Shown here: positions 45,144 to 55,452 of the stretch, one piece after another
Numbering within the stretch: position 1 is the stretch's first letter
How the letters are laid out: the number at the start of each line of letters is the position of its first letter
Assembly: GCA_963742735.1 (NCBI GenBank)
Contig: CAVUMN010000004.1
Location: forward strand, 64,001-128,000
Length of the DNA stretch: 64,000 nucleotides
Direction of reading: 5' to 3'
Source of the DNA: an uncultured Actinomycetes bacterium
GTDB taxonomy: Bacteria; Actinomycetota; UBA4738; JBBDTT01
The notes under the pieces: model-generated
Told to the model about the DNA's origin: nothing
What the model saw: only the letters and a program-made list of their open reading frames with translations
The model's database searches: none
Program-made: the position numbers and the translations under genes

Positions 45144-45871
45144 GGCGACCTCGAAAGCCGCCGGTACATCGACGCCAGCTCCGTGAACGCGCGGACGACG
45201 ACGGAGAGCTTGATACCCCGGGCCTCGCCGAAACGGCGGGGGTAGTGGTGGACGCCGACCTCGACGATGCGGTGTCCGGAACGGCCGAGCTTCAGCATCA
45301 GCTCGGTGGAGACCATGGCCCCCACGCTTTCCAGGTCGATCTGAGCGAACACGCTGCGGCGGAAGAGCTTGAACGCACAGTCGATGTCGCGCACCGGGAC
45401 GTAGAACAGCGCGCGGACCAGGACGTTCCACGCCCTGGCCGCGGCGAGCCGGGTGGCCCCGTCGCGGCGGTTGATGCGGTAGCCGGCCACCACGTCGACC
45501 CGCTCGATCAAGGGCATGAACAGGGCGAGCTCGTTCGGGTCGAACTGGTTGTCGGCGTCGATCAGGAACACCAGGTCGAGCGTGGCCGCCTCGAACCCGC
45601 TGCGCAGCGCCTCGCCGTAGCCGGCGTTCGCCTCGTGACGGATCAGCCGGACGCGCGGGTCGGCCTCGGACAGCCGGGCGACGATCCGCGCGGTGGCGTC
45701 CCGTGAGCCGTCGTCGACGACGAGGATCTCGTGGGCCTCGGTGAGCCGTTCGGCCGCCGCCGTCACCCGGCGGACGCACTCCTCGATGTTCGCCTCCTCG
45801 TTGAACGCGGGGATAACGACGGACAGCCGCCGGCGAACGGTTTCCGACGCGAACGCGGCCGGCCCGCTCAC
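45140..45871 (-). CDS. GT2 polyprenol-phosphate glycosyltransferase (DPM1-like)
   Basis: VIPAFNEE, VDDGSRD, GYG, IDADNQ, DIDCAFK. Confidence 0.9.
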   Translation of the reverse strand: MSGPAAFASETVRRRLSVVIPAFNEEANIEECVRRVTAAAERLTEAHEILVVDDGSRDATARIVARLSEADPRVRLIRHEANAGYGEALRSGFEAATLDLVFLIDADNQFDPNELALFMPLIERVDVVAGYRINRRDGATRLAAARAWNVLVRALFYVPVRDIDCAFKLFRRSVFAQIDLESVGAMVSTELMLKLGRSGHRIVEVGVHHYPRRFGEARGIKLSVVVRAFTELASMYRRLSRSP

Positions 45872-47832
45872 TGCAGCTCCGCCGGAGGACAGTCCTCGGA
45901 GTCGGGGTCGATATGCAGGTAGACGTGGGCGTCCGCGGAGCCGCCCACATCGCACCAGTCGTCGGGTGAGGGCCGCCAACCCGCGGGAACGCCCACCGCC
46001 GGGATCAGCGAGACCACGATGATGGATGGGTCCAGCCGGTCCAGGGCGTCCTGGAACGCGACCGCGTCCTCGTAGGGATCCTCACCTGCCGCCCCGCCCT
46101 CGGCGATGGCGACCAGCCGCCGGTTGAGGCGCGGACCGAGCAACGACCGGAGGTCGAAAACGCCGATCGACACGACCGACTCGTAGTACGGACGCACGGC
46201 TTCCTGCTCCAGCGGTGTCGGCGCCCGTCCCCCGGCCGTGGCGACCATGGTCGCCCCGAGCGCCGCGGCAAGCACGGCGGCGACGGCGGCCGGGCGGCTC
46301 CGAAGGAACCCCAGCTTCGGCGGGTGGTTCCACGCCAGCCACGCGGCCGCCCCGAGCGCCGCCGCGACGAGCGCCCCCCACCCGAGCTCGAGGTCCGGCC
46401 GTCGAAGGGTCTCCGGGTCCAGCAGGTGGACCGCGTCGAACACGAGCGCCACGCCGATCACCGGGGCCAGCAGGAGCTTCGGCAGCGAGGCCGAAGCCAG
46501 CGCGACCCCGAGCAGGACGGCGGGCAGCGCGTAGCGCGTGTTGATGCCCATCACCTGGCTCTGTCCCGTGAACGGCGTGCTCGCGTACGCGAGGAGCCAG
46601 GCCATCGCGAGCACGCCGAGCCATCGGCGATCCCGGGATCGCAGGGCCGCGACGGCGCCGAGGGGCAGCAGAAGGACGACCGGGCCCCATAGCCGCCACA
46701 GTAGGCGTATCCATTCGGCGAGCGCCGCGGTCTCGAACCGCGCGAGATGGCCGAGGAGCGGCCCGCTGATCGACTCGAGCGGGCTGGAGTAACCGGGCCA
46801 CCCCAGGGCCTCGACCCCCTGCGGGAAGATCGGGTTCCCGGTTGCCAGGGCGTTGCGCAGGAGCCACGGCCCGGCGAACAGCGCGAGCCCCGGCAGCAGC
46901 CGCCACAGGTCCCTCGTCGGCCGGACGACGACCGCCGCGCCCGCCAGGAGCAGGGCCGCGGGGACCATCGCGGAGTACTTGCTGCCGACGGCCAGGCCCG
47001 CGGCGACGCCGGCCAGCCACAGCCACGGGCGGGGCCCCTCCCGGACGGCCAGATGGAGGAAGGCAACCGCCGCGATCAGCGGTCCGGCCGCGGCCAGGTC
47101 CGTTCCAAGCGAGTGCGCCTGCGACCCGAAGAGGACCGGCGTCCCCAGGACGGCGATGGCCCCGAGCGCGCCCACCCAGGCCCGCCCGCCCAGGCGTCGA
47201 GCCAGCAGCGCCACGGCGAGGACGGCCAGCAGGCCGAACGCCACGTTGCCGACGTAGATCGAATGGTCGCCGTGGGTCGGCAGCGCGAGCCACAGGCCGA
47301 CGGTCTCCCCGTTCCCCGGATGGGTCGCGGTCGCGAACGCCGGGTTCTGGAACGGCAGCGGCCACAGGCTCTCCCGCTGGAGCCACGAGGCCAGGTTGGC
47401 GATGTGGTAGTGCCGGCTCTCGAAGTCCTCGGAGAGCCGCCCGAGCAGCGCCGGGATCAGGGCCAGGCTCGCCAGGGCCACGCCCACCCCGGCGGCGACC
47501 GCGCCGCCGCGGCGATCGGCGTCGCCCTCCTCGCGAACCGCGTCGGGCGGCCGGACCAGGCGCCACACGACGAGGGCGAGCACGAGGTGGAGCCCCAGCG
47601 CCGGCTCGGGACCGAGGACCCCAGCCATGGCCAGGAGCAGCGGCACGCCGACCACCTGGGCCAGGCCGATCAGCACGGCCACCGTCGCCCGGACGAGCCC
47701 GTCCTCCGGGGCGACCGCCCGAGCCACCCGGACCGCCACGAAGGCGACGGCGCCGGCGCCAACGGCGAACCACACGGCCGCCAGAACCAGGGTCGTCGGG
47801 GAAGCAGGAGAAGCCACGATGGGCGCGAACAT
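45868..47832 (-). CDS. Polytopic GT-C-like membrane protein
   Basis: DFESRHYH, HPGNGE, GLAVGSKY, PWLLRNALATGNPIFP, RYALP. Confidence 0.75.
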   Translation of the reverse strand: MFAPIVASPASPTTLVLAAVWFAVGAGAVAFVAVRVARAVAPEDGLVRATVAVLIGLAQVVGVPLLLAMAGVLGPEPALGLHLVLALVVWRLVRPPDAVREEGDADRRGGAVAAGVGVALASLALIPALLGRLSEDFESRHYHIANLASWLQRESLWPLPFQNPAFATATHPGNGETVGLWLALPTHGDHSIYVGNVAFGLLAVLAVALLARRLGGRAWVGALGAIAVLGTPVLFGSQAHSLGTDLAAAGPLIAAVAFLHLAVREGPRPWLWLAGVAAGLAVGSKYSAMVPAALLLAGAAVVVRPTRDLWRLLPGLALFAGPWLLRNALATGNPIFPQGVEALGWPGYSSPLESISGPLLGHLARFETAALAEWIRLLWRLWGPVVLLLPLGAVAALRSRDRRWLGVLAMAWLLAYASTPFTGQSQVMGINTRYALPAVLLGVALASASLPKLLLAPVIGVALVFDAVHLLDPETLRRPDLELGWGALVAAALGAAAWLAWNHPPKLGFLRSRPAAVAAVLAAALGATMVATAGGRAPTPLEQEAVRPYYESVVSIGVFDLRSLLGPRLNRRLVAIAEGGAAGEDPYEDAVAFQDALDRLDPSIIVVSLIPAVGVPAGWRPSPDDWCDVGGSADAHVYLHIDPDSEDCPPAELQ

Positions 47833-47953
47833 ACCGTTCGTCACGCTCGTCGCGCCCCACGGCGGCGGCGTTTCGCTCCAGGCCCCGCCCGAACCCATCG
47901 CGAGGACGCGACGCCCAACGCGCGCCCCCGCAAGGCCTCAAGGAGGAGGACCC

Positions 47954-49732
47954 GTGCCCGCCACTGCCCGCCGCGCTCGCCCGCTGTTCGTCGTCGCCGT
48001 GCTTGCCGCGTTGATCGTTGCCGCCCCAGCCGGGGCCGGCGCCGCCCCGCTCGACGCCGCTCCTCGAAGCGTCCTGCTCGAACGTCAGATCGCCGATCTC
48101 CAGAGTCCGAACGCGATCCTGCGCTTCGACCCGGCCGTCGTCTCACGCACCACGATCGTCCGCGAGCTCGAGGCCCTCGGGCTGACCGGCACCGCGCTCG
48201 AGGTCCTGCCGATCGTCGGGGTGAGCGGTCCACTCGCCGCGATCGTGCGCGGGGCGCGCCTCCCGGGCATCGTCGCGGCCCACGACGACGACCCGATCGA
48301 GTACCACACGTACGAGTCGATCCCGCTGGTGTTCGAGGGCAAGCAGGTCCAGTACCGGGTCAACTCGCGCTACGACGGCCGCGGCCAGACGGTCGCCGTC
48401 ATCGACAGCGGCGTGGACGGCACCCACCCGGACCTCGCCAAGCGCGTCGTCCACAACGTGAAGTTCCTCGACCTGGTCCGGACGAGCATTGGCACGCCGA
48501 GCTACGTGGTGTGCCCGGTCGCGTGCAACACCGACACCACGAGCGGCCACGGCACGCACGTGACGGGTACCGTCGTCGGCGACGGGTCCGCGTCGAAGGG
48601 GTGGGCCACCGGCGTCGCGCCCGGCGCGAGCGTGGTCGGTCTGGGCGTGGGCGACGGCGACCGGATCCTGTTCGCGGTCTCCGCGTTCGACTACCTGCTG
48701 GCCCACCCGGAGCTCGGAGTCGTCGCGGTCAACAACTCGTGGGGGGTCAACCAGGAGGCGGGCACGGGCCGGTTCGACTCGACCCACCCCGTGAACGTCG
48801 CCACCAAGGCTCTGTACGACCGCGGCGTCGTGTCGGTGTTCTCGGCCGGCAACGACTCCACCGGTGCGCGGACCGACGAGCCCGGCGCCTCCAGCTGCGA
48901 CACCGTCGACAACGGCGACGGCACGCGCTCGGCCGGCCCCGGCATCTGCCGGTTCACGGTGTACGGCTCGGCGCCGTGGGTCATCTCGGCGGCGGCCGGA
49001 CGCAAGGACCGGGCCGGGTACCCGCACGCGCCTGGAAGCCAGTACCTCGCGGTCCTCTCGTCACGAGGGGACACCCAGGAACAGCTCTCCCTGGACGGGA
49101 TCCCGGTCACCTACCAGCCAACCCTCACCGCGCCCGGGATCAACGTCCGGGCCGCCCGCGACTCCACGGGCGCCTTCATCGCGGCCGCCTCCTGCGCCTC
49201 CGCCGAGACGCCCCAGTGCGTCCCGCCGAACGCGAAGTGGGAGCCGTACTACGTCCCCGTCTCGGGCACGAGCATGGCCGCCCCCCACGTGACCGGGGCC
49301 GTCGCGGTGATCCAGAACGCCGCGAAGCGCATCCTGCGCCGGCTCCTCACACCCGACGAGGTCAAGGCGGTGCTCGTCGCGTCGGCCTCCCCCATGACCG
49401 AGAAGGACGGAAACTGGGACTGGCCCTGCGGCGGCGCGCTGTTCATCCCGTGCGGGACGAGCGGCAAGACCGACGACCGGTGGCTCGGCCTGTCGGGCGA
49501 CCCGTACGAGCCCTACCAGGTCGGCGCCGGCTACCTGAACGTCCGCCAGGCGATCAACACGGTGGCCGGCATGGCTGCAACGGCCGGCGCACCGGCCGCG
49601 GCCGCCGAGCTGCCGGCAGGCGAGTCGCCCGCCGAGCCGCCTCCGCCACCCGAGGGCGAGACGTCCCCTCCAGACGCCGAGCCGTCGGAGGAGCCCTCGC
49701 CCGAGCCCACCCCTACCGAGAGCCCGAGCTGA
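47954..49732 (+). CDS. Secreted subtilisin-like S8 serine peptidase
   Basis: RBS AGGAGGAGG; triad VIDSG, HGTHV, GTSMAAPHV; oxyanion SAGN; acidic Pro-rich tail. Confidence 0.95.
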   Translation: MPATARRARPLFVVAVLAALIVAAPAGAGAAPLDAAPRSVLLERQIADLQSPNAILRFDPAVVSRTTIVRELEALGLTGTALEVLPIVGVSGPLAAIVRGARLPGIVAAHDDDPIEYHTYESIPLVFEGKQVQYRVNSRYDGRGQTVAVIDSGVDGTHPDLAKRVVHNVKFLDLVRTSIGTPSYVVCPVACNTDTTSGHGTHVTGTVVGDGSASKGWATGVAPGASVVGLGVGDGDRILFAVSAFDYLLAHPELGVVAVNNSWGVNQEAGTGRFDSTHPVNVATKALYDRGVVSVFSAGNDSTGARTDEPGASSCDTVDNGDGTRSAGPGICRFTVYGSAPWVISAAAGRKDRAGYPHAPGSQYLAVLSSRGDTQEQLSLDGIPVTYQPTLTAPGINVRAARDSTGAFIAAASCASAETPQCVPPNAKWEPYYVPVSGTSMAAPHVTGAVAVIQNAAKRILRRLLTPDEVKAVLVASASPMTEKDGNWDWPCGGALFIPCGTSGKTDDRWLGLSGDPYEPYQVGAGYLNVRQAINTVAGMAATAGAPAAAAELPAGESPAEPPPPPEGETSPPDAEPSEEPSPEPTPTESPS

Positions 49733-49793
49733 CGCGCCGCCGCCGGCCGGCGGGCCCGTGCTAGCGTCGGTCGTTCCGACGGAGGGAGCCCGG

Positions 49794-50204
49794 ATGGCGG
49801 CGAAGGGTAAGGGCACCAAGGACGACCCCTGGGTCCTGCAGACCCCGAGCGGCGGCGGTGAGTTCACGATGTACAAGGACGAGGACGCGGACCCGCCCCA
49901 GCTCGTCTGTCAGGTCGGCTCGACCAAGCTGACGTATCAGCTCCGCGCGCTCGACGATCTCCACGCCATGCTGAAGGAGCACGGCGACTGGATGCCGCTG
50001 GGCAACGCCGACGAGCAGAAGCCGGCCGCTCCCGGCACCGTCGAGGCGTGGGCGCGCGACCCGAAGAACCCGGTGGGCGGTTTCTACGGCCTGCGCAAGG
50101 GCTACCGAGGGCGGTTCGGGAACTACATCCCGCCGTTGATGGAAGCGTTGGGGCTGGCCGAGGTGGAGCACCAGCCCCGCAACAACCGGATGCGCGCGAT
50201 CTAA
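49794..50204 (+). CDS. Conserved hypothetical protein (DUF6855-like)
   Basis: GTKDDPWVLQTP..GDWMPLGNADEQK..VEAWAR..GLRKGYRGRF..NNRMRA; family name recalled from memory. Confidence 0.7.
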   Translation: MAAKGKGTKDDPWVLQTPSGGGEFTMYKDEDADPPQLVCQVGSTKLTYQLRALDDLHAMLKEHGDWMPLGNADEQKPAAPGTVEAWARDPKNPVGGFYGLRKGYRGRFGNYIPPLMEALGLAEVEHQPRNNRMRAI

Positions 50205-50226
50205 CCCCGCCGATTAGGCTCGAACC

Positions 50227-51012
50227 GTGGGCGAGGTCGAGCGCTACCCGCACGGGACCTTCTGCTGGGTAGACCTGGGCACCCCGGACGTCGCCGGGGC
50301 GAAGACGTTCTACGGCGGACTCCTCGGATGGGATCTGGAGGACAGCCCCGGGCCCGACGACACGACCTACACGATGGCGCGGCTGAACGGCTATGCCGTC
50401 GCGGGCATCCATGCCCATTCCGAGGACGAGGGCACCGGGTGGTCGTCCTCGATCTCGGTGGACGACGCGGACGCGGCCACCACCCGCGCGGCGGAGTTCG
50501 GGGCGACCGTCGAGCTGGAGCCCTTCGAGATCCCGGAGACCGCGAGGATGTCCGTGATCCGCGACCCGGCCGGCGCGCAGGTGACCCTCTGGCAACCGAA
50601 GGGTTTCATCGGCGCCGCGTACGTCAACGACCACGGGTCGTGGGGGTGGAACGAGCTCGTTGCAGAGGACCTGGACGCGGCGGTCGAGTTCTACGGCGCG
50701 ATGTTCGGTTGGACGTCCGAGGACGCGCCGGGCGGGATCAGACGGATGGGGTTCTCGATGGGCGACCTCCTCATCGGGGGCGCCCACGCCCCCATCCCGG
50801 TCGAAGACCCCACGCCCCGGTGGACGATCGCCTTCGCCGTCGCCGACGCGGCCCGGGCGGCGGCGCGCGTGTCCGAGCTGGGCGGAACGATCGTGCTCCC
50901 GCCCATGGAGATCCCCATGGGGAAGTTCACCGTGGCCGCAGACCAGGCCGGCGCGACGTTCACACTCTCGGCCGCCCCGGCCGGACCGCTCCGCGGGGTC
51001 GACGGGTCCTGA
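50227..51012 (+). CDS. Two-domain VOC/glyoxalase family protein
   Basis: GTFCWVDL..FYGGLLGW, RDPAGA, WNEL..FYGAMFGW. Confidence 0.9.
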   Translation: MGEVERYPHGTFCWVDLGTPDVAGAKTFYGGLLGWDLEDSPGPDDTTYTMARLNGYAVAGIHAHSEDEGTGWSSSISVDDADAATTRAAEFGATVELEPFEIPETARMSVIRDPAGAQVTLWQPKGFIGAAYVNDHGSWGWNELVAEDLDAAVEFYGAMFGWTSEDAPGGIRRMGFSMGDLLIGGAHAPIPVEDPTPRWTIAFAVADAARAAARVSELGGTIVLPPMEIPMGKFTVAADQAGATFTLSAAPAGPLRGVDGS

Positions 51013-52052
51013 AGCTCTCCGACGATCAGGTGCGCCGGCGGCGCGTCGCCGCGCAGCTGCTGCACCGGCCCCGCCGCCGATCGGCCGTGGACCTGGTCCG
51101 ACACCTGACCGGCGTCCAGGCGCAGGTCCTCTCCGCGGCCGCGCTCGCCCTGCAGGTCCGGAGCGAGGGCCTCACGCAGGCGGCCGTGGACCGGGCCAGG
51201 CTGCGCGATCGCTCGATCGTCCTGACCTGGGCGATGCGGGGGACGCTCCACCTGATCCCCGCCGAGGACCACGGCTGGCTCGTGCCGCTGCTGACCGAGC
51301 CCCGGATCGCGAACGCGCACCGCCGGCTGAAGCAGGAGGGTGTGCCAGAGGCGCACTGGGACCGGGCCGTGCGGGCGATCGAGCGGACGCTGACGGGCGG
51401 TCCGGCGACCCGCGCGGAGATCGCCTCCACTCTGCGCCGGCGAGGGATCCGGACCGAGGGCCAGGCCATCGCCCACCTGCTGTGGCTGGCCTCATCCTCG
51501 GGCGCGCTCTGCCAAGGACCCGACCGGGACGGGCAGCCGGCCTTCGTCCTGGCTCGAGACTGGCTGGCGGAGCCGAGGACCAGGGATCGCGACGCGGCCC
51601 TCGCGGAGCTTGCCGTTCGCTATCTGCGCGCCCACGCCCCGGCCGCGCCCGAGGACCTCGCCCACTGGTCGGGGCTGCGGATGACCGACGCCCGCCGAGG
51701 ATGGGCGGCGATCGAGGACCGGCTCCAGGAGGTCGCCACGGCCCGGGGGGCGCGCTGGTCCTTGCGGGACCAGCGGGAGCTCGCGCCACGCGGCCTGGTT
51801 CGCCTGCTCCCCGCGTTCGACGAGTACCTGCTCGGCTGGAAGGACCGGGACCTCGTCGGGCCGGCCGCCGCCTGGAAGACGATCAATCGCGGCGGCGGGT
51901 GGCTGCATCCGGTGGTGCTCGCCGATGGGCGGGCGCTCGGCACCTGGAGGCGAGCGGACGACGCCGGTGGCCTGGAGCTGCACCCCTTCGGCCGGCTCGC
52001 TCCGGCGGTCCGTCGCGCCGCGGAACGCGAGGCGAAGCGGCTGCCCGCCTAG
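51009..52052 (+). CDS. AlkZ-like HTH_42 DNA glycosylase
   Basis: GVQAQ (QxQ), WAMRGTLHL, DLAHWSGL, LLPAFDEYLLG; start is CTG 51009 or GTG 51030. Confidence 0.88.
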   Translation: MKLSDDQVRRRRVAAQLLHRPRRRSAVDLVRHLTGVQAQVLSAAALALQVRSEGLTQAAVDRARLRDRSIVLTWAMRGTLHLIPAEDHGWLVPLLTEPRIANAHRRLKQEGVPEAHWDRAVRAIERTLTGGPATRAEIASTLRRRGIRTEGQAIAHLLWLASSSGALCQGPDRDGQPAFVLARDWLAEPRTRDRDAALAELAVRYLRAHAPAAPEDLAHWSGLRMTDARRGWAAIEDRLQEVATARGARWSLRDQRELAPRGLVRLLPAFDEYLLGWKDRDLVGPAAAWKTINRGGGWLHPVVLADGRALGTWRRADDAGGLELHPFGRLAPAVRRAAEREAKRLPA

Positions 52053-54270
52053 GCGGGAGCCACCGTGACGGGGATGCCGTTCAGGACGGCGTTGCCGGAC
52101 AACGCGTCGAAGAGCTCGTCGTCGGCCAGGACATTGGAGTTCACGCCGGGGTTGGCCCGGGCGACCTGCATGTCGACCTCCGGCTCATCGTGGCCCCAGC
52201 CGTGAGGGATGCTCACGACGCCCGGGAAGACGGCGTCCGTGATCTCCACCGGCGCGACCAGGCTCCCCGTCCGCGACGCCACCTCGGCCCGTCCGCCCTC
52301 GGTCAGCCCGAGCCGGGCCGCGTCGTCCGGATGGATCTGCAGGGTGCACCGGTCCTTGCCCTTGACCATCGCCGGGATGTTGTGCATCCACGAGTTGTTC
52401 GAGCGCAGGTGCCGCCGCCCGATCAGCACGAAGCCTCCGTTGCGCTCGCGGGCGAGTGCTCCACGCAGGCGCTCGACGTCGCCGATCAACGGCTCGGGGG
52501 CCAGCTCGATCATCCCCGAGGGCGTGCGAAGGACCTCGGGCAGCCGCGACTCGAGGGGCCCGAGGTCCACGCCGTGGGGGCTCTCCAGGAGGGTGTCCAG
52601 GGTGAGGTCGTACGGACCGATCCGCAGGAAGAAGTCCAGGATCCGCTCGGGCCCGGTCCGCGGAGCGAGCTCGGCCAGCACGTCGTCGACCGGGCGTCCG
52701 TGGACCGGCGAGTGCTCGTCGGCGACCGAGCGCTCGACGACGGTCCGGACCGCCAGCTCGTCCACGAACGCCGCCTCCACGTCGGCCGGGGCGCCCTGGG
52801 CGATCGCGGCGAGCTTGCACAGGATCTCCCATTCGTCGGGCTGCCCCTCGGGCAGCGGGACCGCGGGCGGCGAGTAGTTCGCCACGTTGCGCATCGAGAA
52901 CAGGTAGAACGCCAGGTCGTAGTGGGGCCGCGAGAGCGGGCTCGGCGGCGGCAGGATCACGTCCGCCCGGCCGGTGGTCTCGTTCACGTAGAAGTCGACG
53001 GCGATCTGGAACTCGAGGCCGTCCAGGGCCGTGCGCAGCCGGGTGCTGTTCGGCGCGGACACCGCCGGATTCCCCGCGATCGTGATCAGCGCGCGGATCT
53101 GGCCCTCGCCCGGCGTGTCCATCTCCTCGGCCAGGCAGGCCACCGGCAGCTCGCCGAACGTCTCGGCCAGACCGCGGACGCGGCTGCGGTGGCGCCCGAT
53201 GCGCGGGGCGCTCCCGTAGCGCGGGGGGCCCGAGGTGTTGAAACCGCCCGCCGCGGGCTTCGCGAACATGGCCCCGCCGGGCCGGTCCAGGTTCCCGGTC
53301 AGGACGTTGACCACGTCGACCAGCCAGCTGGCCAGCGTGCCGAACTCCTGGGTGCACGTCCCGATGCGGCCGTACACGGCGGCGGCGGGCGCGGCGGCCA
53401 GCTCGCGGGCCAAGCGCCGGGCGGTCTCGGCCTCGATGCCGGTGGCACCGGCGACGGCCTCGGGCGAGAACTCCGCCGCGGCCTCGGCGACCGCGTCGAG
53501 GCCGTCACGAACTCCCCCGCGGCCCCGGGATCGGCCAGGCCCTCCGCGAACAGGGTGTGGACGATGGCCATCAGGAACAACGCGTCGGTGCCCGGGCGGA
53601 TCGGCACGTGCTCCGAGGCGGCCTCGGCGGTCCGGGTCCGCTTGGGGTCGACCACGACGAACCTCCCGCCCCGCTCCCGGATCCGCTTCAGGCGGCCCGG
53701 CCAGTCGGGGGCGCTGGCCAGCGAGCCGTTCGACTCGAAGGGATTCGCCCCCAGCAGCAGCAGGTAGTCGGTGCGGTCCAGGTCGGGCACCGCCACCGTC
53801 AGCATGGTGCCGAACATCAGGGCGTTGGCGAGCTCCTTGGGCCGCTGGTCGACGGTGCTCGCCGAGTAGATGTTTCGCGTGCGGAGGGCCTTCAGCAGGA
53901 CCCGGTTGTAGAGGATGCCCGACAGGTTGTGGACGCTCGGGTTGCCGAGGTAGACGGCGACCGCGTCGGGGCCGTTCGCCTCGATGATGGGGGGCAGGCG
54001 GCGAGCGATCTCCGCGAACGCCTCGTCCCAGGTCGCGGCGTGGAGCTCGCCGTCGGCGCCGCGAACCATCGGCCCGCGCAGCCGGTCCGGATCGCCGTGC
54101 AGCGCGCCGAGGGTCGTCCCCTTCGGGCAGATGAACCCGTGGCTGAAGACGTCGTCGTCGTCGCCTCGGATGCGCAGCAGCGAGCCGTTGTCGAACGTCA
54201 GCTCCAGGCCGCACGTCGCCTCGCACAGCGGGCACGTGCGGAAGACCGTTCGCTCCCCCGTCGCGGACAC
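52049..54270 (-). pseudogene. Molybdopterin-dependent oxidoreductase split by a frameshift near 53505
   Basis: N-half CPLCEATC..CPKG..VVVDP..IRPGTD; C-half in another frame GNLDRPGG..NNSWMHN..HGWGH..LSGNAVLNG. Confidence 0.85.
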
Positions 54271-54317
54271 GGACCACCTCCTCCGCCGTGGTCACCTCGG
54301 AGCGTAGCCTGAACGCC

Positions 54318-55424
54318 GTGAAGGTGACGGGCTTCGAGCTGCGGCGAGTCGCCCTGCCGCTGGTGTCTCCGTTCCGGACATCCTTCGGCGTGGAGACCGA
54401 GCGCCACGCTCTGCTGCTGCGCGCGGTCTCGCCCGAGGCCGAAGGATGGGGCGAGTGCGTGGCGGGCAGCGCCCCGCTCTACGCGTCCGAGTACGTCGAC
54501 GGCGCCGAGCACGTGATCCGCCATCACCTCCTCCCCCGGCTGTTCGCCCACGGCGAGATCACCGCGGCCGAGGTCGGCCCCGTTCTCGCCGCCGTGAAGG
54601 GGCACCGTATGGCCAAGGCGTCGGTGGAGATGGCCGTGCTCGACGCGGAGCTGCGGGCGGCCGGGGTCTCCTTCGGGCAGCACCTGGGCGCGGTACGCGA
54701 GCATGTCGACTGCGGCGTGTCGGTGGGGATCATGGACACGGTCGTCGAGCTGATCGACGCCGTCGAGGGCTACCTGGACCAGGGCTACCGACGGATCAAG
54801 CTCAAGATCGAGCCGGGGTGGGACGTCGAGCCTGTCGCCGCCGTCCGAGAGCGGTTCGGCGACATCGCGCTGCAGGCCGACGCGAACGCCGCCTACACGC
54901 TCGCCGACGCGGCGCACCTCGCGCGGCTCGACGCGTTCGATCTGCTGCTCATCGAACAGCCACTGCCCGAGGAGGATGTCCTGGCTCACGCCGAGCTGGC
55001 GAAGCGGATCACGACGCCGGTCTGCCTGGACGAGTCGATCACCTCCGCTGCCGCGGCCGCCGATGCGATCGCCCTCGGCGCCTGCTCGATCGTGAACGTC
55101 AAGGCAGGGCGGGTCGGCGGATACCTGGAGGCGCGCCGCGTCCACGACGTCTGCGCCGCGAAGGGCGTGCCGGTGTGGTGCGGCGGGATGCTCGAGACCG
55201 GGATCGGCCGTGCCGCCAACGTCGCCCTGGCCGCCCTGCCGAACTTCACGCTTCCCGGCGACACCTCGGCGTCGGACCGCTACTTCCACCGCGACATCAC
55301 GCCGTCGTTCGTCCTGCAAGACGGCCGGCTGGAGGTCCCCACCGGGCCCGGGCTCGGCGTCGACGTCGTCCGCGAGGCGCTCGAGGCCGTCACCACCCGG
55401 ACGGAGTGGATCCCCGCGCCCTAG
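54318..55424 (+). CDS. menC: o-succinylbenzoate synthase / N-acylamino acid racemase
   Basis: PFRTSFG, KLK, DAN, EQP, LDESI, WCGGMLETGIGRA, PGDTSAS. Confidence 0.88.
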   Translation: MKVTGFELRRVALPLVSPFRTSFGVETERHALLLRAVSPEAEGWGECVAGSAPLYASEYVDGAEHVIRHHLLPRLFAHGEITAAEVGPVLAAVKGHRMAKASVEMAVLDAELRAAGVSFGQHLGAVREHVDCGVSVGIMDTVVELIDAVEGYLDQGYRRIKLKIEPGWDVEPVAAVRERFGDIALQADANAAYTLADAAHLARLDAFDLLLIEQPLPEEDVLAHAELAKRITTPVCLDESITSAAAAADAIALGACSIVNVKAGRVGGYLEARRVHDVCAAKGVPVWCGGMLETGIGRAANVALAALPNFTLPGDTSASDRYFHRDITPSFVLQDGRLEVPTGPGLGVDVVREALEAVTTRTEWIPAP

Positions 55425-55452
55425 CGGGCATCGGACCCCGTAAGGTTTCGCC

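Noticed and set aside
47826-47840. CGAAC-atacc-GTTCG, LexA-box-like
   Set aside because: Spacer is 5 nt rather than 4, it overlaps a start codon, and the genes are not SOS-related.
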